Positions 50,880-62,256 of a stretch of DNA of 64,000 nt are shown here, one piece after another. Position 1 is the stretch's first letter. Each line of letters opens with the position of its first letter. The stretch is from Marsupella aquatica. Taxonomy: Eukaryota > Plantae > Marchantiophyta. The notes under the pieces are model-generated. The model was not told the DNA's origin. It saw only the letters and a list, made by a program, of their open reading frames with translations, and searched no databases. Position numbers and translations under genes: made by a program. The stretch lies in assembly GCA_973895155.1 (NCBI GenBank), contig OZ316891.1:17296095-17360094 (forward strand), read 5' to 3'.

Positions 50880-52790
50880 CTCATTTTACTCCTTTCCTTC
50901 ATAAAAAAAGATGACGAGCAGTACCAACAAGTGCCCCATCACACTACTTCATATCATTCACAAGATTGGAGCCAAGGCATTCCAAATGAGGTTGACCCCA
51001 CACTACTTCATATCATTCACAAGATTGGAGCCAAGGCATTCCAAATGAGGTTGACCCCACTGCTAGAGTGTGTCATCACTCCACAACAGTTTGCTTTCTT
51101 ATTAGGAAGAAACATCCATCACTATCTCATGTTGCTCAATGAGCTTTTACACCATGCTAACCAGACTAAGTTAGAGTGGTGGACCTTGCCACCCAACGCC
51201 CTCACCAATCCCAGCACCCCCGCCTAAGTGCCTTTGGTGCCCGAACGCCTCCACAGAATACCTTGAGCAAGCAACCTAGTGCCCCTTGCACCGCCAGCGG
51301 CCCCTCCCATATGAAGCCTCACTTGCTCCCAACGCAACCGCTACTCAACGGGTCATCACTGTCTGCACAAGCAAGCAAGTGTCTCGGTAAGTAACCCCTC
51401 GGGATCTAGATCTCTCAAGTCTAGCACCCTAACTCAAGCTCACAAACATTGGTAAGTAGGTGAGCAATAGGTCCTCCCGATGCCATAAGTCGGAACCAGA
51501 ACCAATGTCCACTGTTCGTCCAGAATAGCTCCCTCCTTGGACACAGCCCGGGTTCCCCCTCGTACCCATCCATCATCAACTGACCACCCTGCCCCCAGGA
51601 CATGCTCATGACCCAAATAGCACTCGAAATAGCCTAGCTTGTCCTAAAGCTTGTCCCAAGCTTGCCCCAACATGTCGGGAGCATAATGGCCCCGACTATA
51701 GCAACCAACTCCCGGTTCTAGCCCCATTGATGGTCTAGGGACTAAGTGCCCATGGAACTCAACCTCCACGCCTACTGGGCCTTGTCTCCCCAACGCAAGT
51801 TCCCTTGGGAGACCGAACGCGGCTTGGTTGCTGTTTTGGCAGGATTTGGCAAGCGGGCGAGATAGCCCCGAAAACCTCAAGAACCTATGGCGCCCCTAGA
51901 CCCAGCTGACCTTAAGAGGACGTAGCCCTCCTTGAGAGTTTTCCAACAGACCCAAGAAGGACTTCTCGTTGGGAAGCTATCGTCGTTTCTGTTTGGCATT
52001 TTTCTTTAGTGCCGAGACCGTCGCGGCTCACGACTTCGGCTCGCCCTTAGCCCCCAGGGAGACACCACTCCCCTCACGTATGCTTCTGGAGACTTGCCAC
52101 CCCCGGACCAACTTTGGTCCCCAAATTTTGGCCCCCCACCTAGACCCCAACCCGCATGTCTAGGCGGGCCACCAACTGGCAATGCCCACAACTTTCTAGT
52201 TAGGCGTCCGCAAGTGGGGTACCTTAGCCCGTTGTGATTGGGCCGACCCAGTGCTCATGTCTAGGCCCTCAGAACTCATTGTCGTTCGGGGCCCCCAATC
52301 GGCCAAAGCCAAATCGGGCCATAACTCGCGCCCCAAGCGTCCGTTGCCCATGGCGTCAACTCCATTGGTCATGGGCCCAAGAGGAGCTCTCACTCAAGCC
52401 CTCATAACTCAAAGTCCATCCGGGGGTCCGGACGGTCGACCTTGAGCCCGACCCTTTTCCCCTCGATCCGACCAGCTCTCAACTAGTCTAAGTCCTTAGT
52501 GTATGTCACCAGCTTGGCGCCTTGCCTTCGCCAGCACCACGTCCCATTGCCCACAAGTCCCCCTATGCTAAGTCCTCCCCGGATGGCGTGTCCGGGCCTG
52601 CACCATAAGGGAGCTCGGCATCAGAGTCAGCAACGCTGGAGCTAAGTGTTAAGGTAGTCGAGTTCCGCGACTGCTAGACTACATCTTGCTCAATGAGCTT
52701 TTACACCATGCTGACGAGACTAAGCTAGACTACATACTCCTCACACTGGATGTTATCAAAGCATTTGACATGTTGGAATGGGCACTTTCT
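50880..52790 (+). pseudogene. Rearranged LINE (non-LTR retrotransposon) remnants
   Basis: RT pieces IIHKIGAKAFQMRLTPLLECVITPQQFAFLLGRNI (51010-51120) and LLNELLHHADETKLDYILLTLDVIKAFDMLEW (52687-52780). A zf-RVT-like CLWCPNASTEYLEQAT*CP lies at about 51229-51285. There is a 61-bp tandem duplication at 50940-51060. Confidence 0.75.
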
Positions 52791-53742
52791 CCTTGGGATC
52801 ACTAGTGCTGCTTGTGATATGGTGATTATTTCTAAAAACAAGTTAAAGTATCGAAAACTATGGAATTTTTAAATTTTTCCTTGAAAGGAATTTTTAAATT
52901 TTTAGAATCTATAGGGCCACTTAAGCTAGTTATTCCAAGTTCAAATGGAGTAAGGACGACTTAGAAGATTGGTAAGACATCAAGACGACAGCAAAGACAA
53001 AGCCCTTTTCAAAATGTTGTCGGCTTGGACGTCCTTGAGTAAAGACGATGACAACATCAAAGTGCCGGCTTGGGTGGCCATGTGTAAAGACGTAAGGGAC
53101 GTCCAGTTTCACAGAAGATGGCCCGATGCCTTGCGCAACGTCTAGAGTAAAAATTTGAGGACGGCTTGGACGGCCTCCGAGTAGGGACGTTCGGGACGTC
53201 CACCCAACCATGACCTAAAAGATGTTCAAAATGGCCCCGACGACTCTTTTACAATTTCTTAGCAGACGTCCATGGCGGCCAGTAGGAAGGCGTGAGCTTC
53301 GACCTTCAGTTCTCATTTGTTAGGCTATCATTTACTTCCATTCCACTTGCAAAAGAAGTGCAGCTGCTTAGGGATAGTATAGCCCAAACCTACATAGGAA
53401 TAGTTGAGGCATCAAGGCATATTGAATCAACAAATTCTCTGACTTCTTGAAATTGACAAAGTTGTGGATTCGAGAGCTTTGCCTGATCAAAATTCCTTCA
53501 TTAGTTCATCATACTACCTCATTCCTTTTTCAGAAGCAATGGAGTTACCTCAGGATTACTTAGCTCCATTCTCCATCTCCAATGATAAGCCATTAAGGAA
53601 AATAGAGTTATTAAGTTTTCTCTGAACTTTCTGATTTCTTGAAGCTATGGCTACCAGAAGCTTACCAGTTAGTAAGACCATTAGGGCAACTTTACCTTCA
53701 AATCCTGAGGTTTACTTTTGACTTCTTAATAACCTAATAGAG

Positions 53743-55450
53743 ATGGGATTGAGTTTTTTGCTTTTTATTCCATGGGATATGGTGCATGGATCCATCATTG
53801 CCAATTTTCATCGTACACCCCGAGCTAACACGTTTTGGAGTTTCACCAGAGGTTCAGCTGATGTTTGTACCGTCGCCATTGTTTTTGAGGTATACCAGTT
53901 GAGCCGGGAAGGAGAGAGATTGATTTATGTTGGAGAGAACTTGACTCTCCCCTACTTTAGAGGTACCAGGAACCGGAGGTTTGGTTGGAGGATTGATCAA
54001 TGCAAGAACCGGGAGTTAGCTCATTTACTCAGATTCCTTGTACCTATCTTTCATCAGACCAAGCCTACCAAGGCTATGGTTTACTTGGCTAGCTCTATCA
54101 TTGCTTCATGGACGAGGATCAACTGGGCCCTAGCTCTTTTGGAGGTGATTGCCAAGCAGGTGGTACATTTTTGATACCTTACTTGACGCACATTTACTTT
54201 TCAAAAGGTTGCTTGTTACTAGTGGAGCTGAGCGATTGGAGGAGGAGAGTGAGACACTTTGAGCTCCCTCAGCCAGAGTTAACGAGAGTTGACTCCAGTA
54301 CCCACGACATGACCGAGACCTACCCCAATAGAGCAGACGACAACACCAGATTTACTAGGGACAACTTCTCCCTCTTTTGTTGCTTCCACTTCTTCCACTT
54401 CATGGATTGATTTTGTTGGTGATGTTGAGAGACTAGCTAATGTGCATTTGGTAGATGAAGCCACTAGACTCTTGAGTTGTATTCCCATGCAGTTACTTGA
54501 CCGTATTTGTGCTTTAATTTCCCCGTTAATTTCCAAGCCTCATTCCCTTGCACTTCCTCATGTTTCACCCCCTGCACCTTTACCATAGCCTGACCACCCT
54601 ATGGCATGGATGAGCCAAAGATACCTATCGTTGATCCTTCACTCCCTCTTCCATCCACATCTACACCCCTTCTACCCGACCCTATTATTTCTCCCATTGT
54701 TGATCCATCTATCCCTCCTACATCTACACCCGAGCACCATTTATCTCCTAGCCCTGAGCCTTTACCCCCTTCACCAATACCCACTCCCGTTCCATCCTCT
54801 TCCACTGAGGATACCACTTTACCACCCCTTGATGTTCCATTTCCCTCCCCTATCGGGAAGGAAATGAACCCATTCTTGAGCCTATTCTCGAGACTGAGCC
54901 TGAGTCTATAGAGCCCCCCAGTGTACCATGTGTAGCTCCTACACCCTTGATGTCTCAGTCTCCTATTGTCTCTTCTATTGCCGATATTGAGCCCCTTTTT
55001 TATTTTTCCCTCCGAGTTTGCTAGGATGACCATGTCACTCATTGTCGCACGCATTCCTCTTGCACCTCCCTTACCTCCACTTATGTTTGGTCGTCAATCT
55101 TTTCCTTTTGTAATACCTACGATATGGTTCTGATTTTCTATGGTACGTATTCTATGGCTTCCTATCGACAAGCTACGACTACCAGAGATTGAGACTCTTG
55201 ACTTGTGAAGTTGGGTTTATCACTGTAGAAAAATCATTGCACCTTTCCCTATTCCAGCCCCAAACACTCCATGGCCTTTAGATTATATTGTATGGATCTT
55301 ACCGGATAGACATCCCATCCAGAAAACCAATGAGCCATGCCTGATTCGTTATTGTGAGAGCAATTTTCATCGACAATATTTGAAGGGATAGAAGGCCAAA
55401 GGGAAGACAGCCCTTGGTTTTGTAGCTCGCCTTCCACTACTTGTAGTTGA
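53743..55450 (+). pseudogene. Decayed LTR-retrotransposon-derived ORF remnants (accessory ORF, Pro-rich linker, RNase-H-like tail)
   Basis: GWRIDQCKNRELAHLLRFLVPIFHQTKPTK...INWALAL resembles TE-associated ORFs of liverwort and moss genomes (recognised from memory). A Pro/Ser-rich ORF lies at 54606-54911. PKGKTALGFVARLP near 55395-55437 resembles the end of a gypsy RNase H. Confidence 0.45.
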
Positions 55451-57781
55451 CACCCCTCCTATTGCAGTTTGAGACTAGTACTTTATTTTGTAGATTTATT
55501 ACTTAGTATGTTCTAGTTTTGACTACTTGACTACCTCTTAGTCAAAGTTGACTTTATTTTACTTAGTTTCAATTTAGGAAATGAAGAGGCAAGTCTCTTT
55601 GTTCTTCTTAGCTGGTGGACAATTTCATGTACTTATTATGATTTTAGTCTCATTTTGAGAGAGAGTGGATAGTTATTTGCATCTCCTCATCTTGGAGTTT
55701 TTTCCTTGTACTTGTAATGCATTTTTGCAAAGAAGACTTGTATGCCTTGAAATTTGATTACTTGTTCTAAGAGTCTACCCCTCCTTTGCATGACAATGCA
55801 TGTTGCAATTGTCATAAGAAGTAAAACTTATAAAAATACAAATTGTAGATTGTATTGGAAGATCCGTTGGTCGGTGCCTAATTCAAACTACAACGTTTGC
55901 TGTCAATTTTTGTATTTTACATGAAGGACTTATATTTGGAGGATAAGTATTGCATGTAGTTAAGAAAGATAAGTATTGCATGTACTTAAGAAAGAAAATT
56001 TTATATGTTAAGAAGTAGTGACATTCTTAATTCACAAATTTGAAGTACCATTATGATCTATTGAATGTGTATTAGTTTTCCATTTGAATTGCGCATCGCT
56101 GAAGAAGGAAACATATTGTCTCTTGTGTTGCTTCATCATGACAAAAAGATCATCACTTCTAACTCTATAATATGCTATCTCACCATTATTGGGTTTCATC
56201 TGATTACGAAAATTAAAAAAAGGCGGGATCTGATCTTGATTGTCCATTTAAAAGATTACTTTTGATCATCCTTAGATGCAAGCAACACTATCACATTGCC
56301 TCTCCTATATGATACTAATTGGTATGGTAGAGGCTAACATACACCTGCTCAGAGTACATGCACAAAGACAAAAGACTCAGGTACATCTAGCTTCAAGAAG
56401 GACAAATGTACTTGAAGGTACCATAATTATAGGTTATACTAGAATTTAAAATTGATAATCACGCTCACATATTAAAACTATGACACTATGGAGACATGAG
56501 AGATGATTGAAGATGGAGAGAAAATGGTCGGGTTTAGAAAAAAAGGGGGAGAGAGAAGATAAAAGGAAAACAAAATGAAACGTAAAAATTCATTAAATAG
56601 ATACATGTTAAAAAAAGTGGGGAAAAGAGAAAAGAACAGGGGATAATTTAGGATTTTTTTCCCACCAAAATCCTCAGATTTGTATATATATTGTGCCAAA
56701 ATAATGAGACTTTCACACCCATAAACTATGATAAATATTCCTATGGTTTTTCACCGAAATATTTTTACAAAATTTGACATTCATCGTCCCAAAGAAAGCC
56801 TTGGAAGTAGAAGAAAGAGTGGGAGAGGCAAGGAGAAGGAGGGCACATGGATGGGAAAAAAGGAAGGGAGAGGGTTCATGTTGCCCCTTCTGTTCACGGG
56901 TAAGGGGGGGGGGTAGAGTATTCATCAATTATCGGTTTTTTTGCCTTTAGTGTTTTTGAATCTCAGCTGAGTAATTGAGATAGGCCTTTGCCCAGTTGAG
57001 ATTGGCCCAATCTTGGTTGATCTCGCCAAGATGGGCGTACGGACAGAAAAAAACCCCCCCAATTAAACCAAATTTTCTAAAAATAGAGAATTTTGTAAAA
57101 AGAAATTATGTGTCCGTATCATACAGAGACAACTAATCTCAGCTAGCCTAGCCAAGATGGGTGTATGTACGGTATGGAGTGCCTATAGTGAAAAAATTCC
57201 AAAAAAAAACCCTCTTCAATTTTGGAAAAAAAATTCAATCTTTTTTCCCGATTTTTTTTGCCGCAACTTGGCGATCCCTCTGAGATGATGTGGCATTGAT
57301 GTCAGGTAAACTAATGGATATGACTGATAACTGATGACGTGATTATACTTGGGTAAGAGCATCTCCAATGGTTTGGAGTTTGCTCGCCGCTATCCCCATC
57401 ATATAGCGGAGAGTATGGCGGTTGCCAAAATAGCCAGAGCCAAGACGATAGCGCGGTCCCCAACAGTGACACCCCATTCTGACCTCCATATGTGTACCAC
57501 ACGTATGAAGTGGGCCCCACGTGGCCGGATTACGAAGTTCAAAGTGCAATCCTGATGAAGCCCGTTGTGCAAGAGAGAAGTCAAGGCGGGAGTCAAAGTC
57601 CGCCTGAAGAACCAGATGCGCCAGCATACACATGTCGCAGTAGGCGCATCAATTTTTTTGTGTTTTGTGCTACATGTGTGCTTAATTTCAATGCAATCCC
57701 ATTGAAGTGACCTTTGATCAGCTTCTGCGGTTTGCATCGGAATAAAATTCAGTTTGACCACGATTGTACTATATCTGTTCA

Positions 57782-59031
57782 ATGGAGCAACTGGAAAGAT
57801 GGCTGGCGGATCTCGATGAAGAATGCGAAGAGGAGGAGGCTGACTGGGATGAGGAACAAAGATTTTGGGAGTTGATGATGTTCAGTGGACCCCTTGCTGC
57901 TGCAAATTTTGCTAGGCACCCCAGGAAAAGAAAGCACGGAGGGTCTAGGCCAGGCAAGAGTGAGAATGTGGAGAGGCGTAGAGAAAAGGGGGCAAAAAAC
58001 CTCTGGAATGATTATTTTTCTGCTAGTCCAACCTATGACGAGTTGAAATTTTGGAGGAGATTCAGAATGAGTAGCAGTTTGTTCAGCAGAATTCTTGTTG
58101 ATGTGTGTGCACATGACACTTACTTTTGCCTAAAGGTTGATGCTGTAGGGAAAGTAGGCTTGTCTCCACATCAAAAATTGACGGTAGCATTGAGGCAATT
58201 AGCTTATGGAATTGGGGTGGATGATTTGGACGAGTACTGTCGAATTGGTGAAAGCACAGCATTGGAATCTTTGTATCGCTTAGTGAAAGCCATCAGAGAA
58301 TTGTATGAGAGTCACTATTTGAGGAAGCCAACTACTAAAGATTTCCAGAATCATCTTCAAATTAATGCAGATAGAGGTTTCCTAGGTATGTTTGGCTCAT
58401 TGGATTGCATGCACTGGGCATGGAAGAATTGCCCTGTTGCTTGGCAAGGCCAATACACTAATAGGACAAGAATAAGTCCATCATCTTGGAGGCCATTGCT
58501 GATCAAGAATTGTGAATTTGGCATGCCTTTTTTGGACTGGTTGGGGGAAACAATGATCTGAATGTCCTTGATCGCTCACCACTTCTAAATGAATGGTTGC
58601 GTAATGATTCAGCCAATGTCAGTTTCCATGTCAATGGTACAGAGTACAAACGAGTTTATCTTTTGGTTGATGGAATTTATCCTGAGTGGTCTGAGAAGTT
58701 GAAGCATTTTGCAAGGTGCCAAGAAGCAGCAAGGAAGGATGTGGAGAGGATTTTTGGGGTACTCCAAGCTAGATTTGAGATAGTGAAGAGGCCTGCACGA
58801 TCTTGGTATGTAAAAAACATTGTTAACATTCTGCTTGCATGTGTCATCTTTCACAATATGATTATTGAGAATGAAAGGGATGATAATTTCCCTCCATATT
58901 TAAGAGTTGGTGTTGCAAGAGTTAACAGGGGAAATTTGCCGTGGTTGGAGTTCCTTGCTGCAACAACTGAAATTAACAAGGCCAACCATTTTCATCTAAG
59001 AAATGACATTGTTGACCACCTTTGGAATTGA
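57782..59031 (+). pseudogene. Harbinger DDE transposase (ALP1/HARBI1-like), frameshifted
   Basis: Contains FWRRFRMS, GLSPHQKLTVALRQLAYG, GMFGSLDCMHWAWKNCPVAWQGQY, YLLVDGIYPEW, ARKDVERIFGVLQARF and ACVIFHNMIIENE. Frameshifts lie at about 58470-58550 and a deletion follows PEWS. Confidence 0.92.
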
Positions 59032-59347
59032 AGAGGGTCTGGCCTTTCTGACCATTGAAAGTCAGGTGAGTCTTTCTTTCTGAAATCTGCATTTCTTTTG
59101 GAGTCAAAGGTCAAAGTTCAGATTGAACATCTCGAGGCCAGGGTACCAATGACAGGGTACGAGTCACACTTGGACTGACTCATTCAAGCGGTACAACACA
59201 CTTGGGGGATATTGTCGAGGCAGTTTGTTTGGTACCAGGGGAACAAAAGTCCACGAAAAGGAATGTAGTCCACAAGAGGAAATGAATGAGTAGGTATAAG
59301 CCGCATCAAGCTAAACCTTTGTCATCACTCACATTGGAGCTTGAGTT

Positions 59348-60351
59348 TTACTTCTCATTGCGCTGCCTCAGCTGAAGCAATTGACAGTCCCTAAGCAGAT
59401 TTTTGTAGGCTGAAATGAGGAGATCAGTTGGTGGAAACGAGTGACTAGAGTGAATCGCTGCTTGTTGCAGACTCGGCTGCAAGTAATTCATTTTTGCCAA
59501 GCCCATCCACTCACGCCAACATGGAGGAGGCACAATCATTCCCGGAGGCACAATCGTTCCCGGAGGTCCAATCAAAACCCAGGGCTTTGCCAATCAAGGT
59601 ACTAGGGAAGGGAAAGATAACCAGGAAAGAACCATTGGAGATGAAAGTCCTGGATTTTCTACCTGAAAATTCTGAAGAGGCGCGCCTGATGGCAAGCATG
59701 GAAGACCCTGAAGATTCAGAGGATGTTGTGACAGATGCAAAGAGCACCAACAATGCAATCGGGAGTGACGATTGCTTGGTGTTTACTCAGCGCCCCCCTA
59801 CCCCAAAGCGCAGACCACCGAGGGCTTGATCTTAGGTCTCCTGGTGGAGCTAGTTACTTTACGTGGGGTATTTTACGTTAGGTTTTTGCCCACAGACTTC
59901 TATTTTGTTATGGCACAGTTCAAACAAGTAGGCTTCGGTTGAAATTATAAATGCCTATGAGGAATATGAAAGACCTTGTTTGCATTCAATTTTGTAACAA
60001 TACTGTTTAAATGTAATGAGACGACCTCTGTTTGCAGCAATTCAGTATGCAATGTCTATAATGTGAATTGAGTGCAAGGAAACAATTATATTGATAAGAA
60101 ACATGTGAATACAATTGAAGCCATTCACGGTTGTTGAGAAATCCATGACTACAATTGGCTAGCCAATAAACTTTGGAATGAAAATCCAGCTTGATCAGGC
60201 TGATTTCGCACTCATAATCAGCACTGTCCTCAACTACATGTGGGCTCTCAGTTGGGCTAGCCGTGCTCTCAGGAAATACAGGAAGTGGGTTCTGAGCAGC
60301 AAAAGAAATAGTTCTACTACTTTGCATCCGTGCTTTCAGCTTCATCGCCTC
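59348..60351 (-). pseudogene. Possible 3' remnant of the Harbinger second (DNA-binding) gene, truncated by the copia insertion
   Basis: The minus-strand ORF 60007-60345 (...DFHSKVYWL...) abuts the copia LTR and converges on the transposase, as expected for the two-gene Harbinger layout. No diagnostic Myb/SANT motif is visible. Confidence 0.35.
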
Positions 60352-61372
60352 TGTTAGATATTGCTCTAGTCTTGTGACTCATGAGCTAACCATAGTTAGT
60401 CTAACTCGGGTTAGGACTTAGCTAATGTTAGCGGTAGTGCTGTTGTGCATATAGCCAGGGCTGATGCCAGACCCTGGTGGAACAAAGGCTCATTGTTATG
60501 GAGCTAGTTGAGAGATAGGGAGAGCTTGTGCTGTGGATGCTTGGTATGGCCGGTCGGCCTAGAGTGCAGTAAAGCTCTTGTATGTTCCCATGGACGTAGC
60601 CTCATGTGGAGGTGAACCACGTATCTCTCTGTGTCGACTCTTGTGCGTTGGATGGTTCATGGGCTTGCCGTTACAAATGTCGTCTATGCTCAACAAGTGG
60701 TATCAGAGCATGCCTGGGAGGTGACGAGGTTTTTTCGTGACAGGTTTTTTCCAGCGTTCATTGTCGATGGTACATTCAGAGTTTCGTCGCATGAAACTTG
60801 AATGTGTGTGGCTGTGCGGATAGGTTAGTGAGAGGGCTTTCTAACGGTGGTTAGAACTCGCTGATCGGTATCCGTGGTGCGGAGGAATCAAAGTTTGCGT
60901 CGTTCAGGTTTTATTCGTGTTCGACGGTTTTTCGGGGGAGAGACCAGAGTTTGTGTTTTCAACAGTGTGAGCTGTGCGGTGCGGGAGGCATCGCATGTTG
61001 TAGCTCAAGTTGAAGGTTGAAGCAAGCTGATTGTTTTGGTAGTTGATTTGTTGCTGAGTTGTTACCGAGTGCGACGTGACGAGTGACGGAGGCGTTCAGG
61101 TTTTTTCACAAGCTATGGAGCTTGTTCTCATCTGAACCGGGTTTCTCTTCATGACGTCCGACTCGGTGGAAGAAACGTGAAGTGCTACGGCTCAACGGTT
61201 TGATCGCGGCGAAGCGGTCATTTTGAGTCCGGGATTGGCACTTGATGCGGAGTGAGTGTGATGCAGCGGAATTTTTTTTCTCTGCTAGAGCTGCAGACTG
61301 TGCTGGTGCAATTCGACAACATTTTCCTGTCGGTGGCGTTCACTTTACTCGTGAGAAGTAGCGGCGTTCAAG

Positions 61373-62161
61373 GTGTGTAAACGACTTTTTTGTTTTAAAG
61401 TCAAATCTTAGGTTAGGGCCACTTTTGGTGTGTATACACACCCTCCCGGCCCTTGGTCCCCCATCGTTTCCCCTTGTACGCCCGACCCCCCCCGCACCTT
61501 GTTTTCCCCTCATCCTTCAGCCGCGGTGACGAGCTGCGCAACACCGGCCGGCGCTTTCTGCACGCTCGTACGCCCTCCGCCATACTGTGTCGGTCGCTAC
61601 CGCGGCACCGCCCTGTCATCGTATGCCCAGCCCTTTGCGGCTCTACGCCGCTTGTACGCGGCTGTACCCTCGTCCCGCCCCGATGCCGGCCATACGCCCT
61701 TCGTACCCCCATCCCTTTACGGGGTATTTTAGGCTTTAAGGGGCTTAAGCACCCCCTTTAGTGCCCATTTTTAGCCTTTTTTCCCTCTCATTAGTTTGTC
61801 CCATGTGCCGGGACCTGCCGCCCTTCATTTTAACCGCTTGGACAGGGGGAACTGCCCCCTGTGAGACCTGCTGTACTGTGCAGGAATATTCCCGAAAAAC
61901 AGAGAGCTGTTTTTCGGCCGTCCGACAAAGATTCTGTCCGCCAAACGGTAACGTTTTTGGTTCTTTTTCGGTGAGGACGTTGCCACTGGAGTTAGCAACG
62001 CGACGCACCGATCACATCGCAATTCCGACGACGGGTTGTACTAGGTATTTCGGTTATTCTTTGAGGTGGTCAAAACGGGGGAGTTTCCCAAGGTTTTACC
62101 CATCCCGACCGAAATTTGAATAACTTTTCCGTCGAATTTTGATTTTGATTTTGGCTTTCAG
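61373..62161 (+). other. Putative GT-AG intron in the copia 5' leader
   Basis: Sequence is ttcaag|GTgtgtaa...ttttgattttgattttggctttcAG|tattggactcc. Copy 1 reads attaag|tattggactcc at the same site (plus-strand junction 23082/23083). Confidence 0.75.
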
Positions 62162-62256
62162 TATTGGACTCCTAGCTTCGTGGGCTACGTGGCGGTGTTG
62201 AGTTTTGAGTTTTATGAGAAGTTTCAAAAAAAGACGTTTTTTCGTGATTGTTTCAT

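Larger units (their letters stand above)
57357..60351 (+). mobile_element. PIF/Harbinger DNA transposon, left part (interrupted by copia copy 2; right TIR not in window)
   Basis: TAA followed by the TIR GAGCATCTCCAA at 57357, a DDE transposase on the plus strand and a convergent second-ORF remnant on the minus strand. Confidence 0.85.

Noticed and set aside
52800-53280. CACTA start plus ggacgtcc motifs as a CACTA element end
   Set aside because: No partner TIR, TSD or transposase seen; equally consistent with retroelement UTR repeats.
61261-61372. Leader uORF that could splice in frame to pol, as in a foamy-virus-like pol mRNA
   Set aside because: The ATG and frame are present in copy 2 but not conserved in copy 1.
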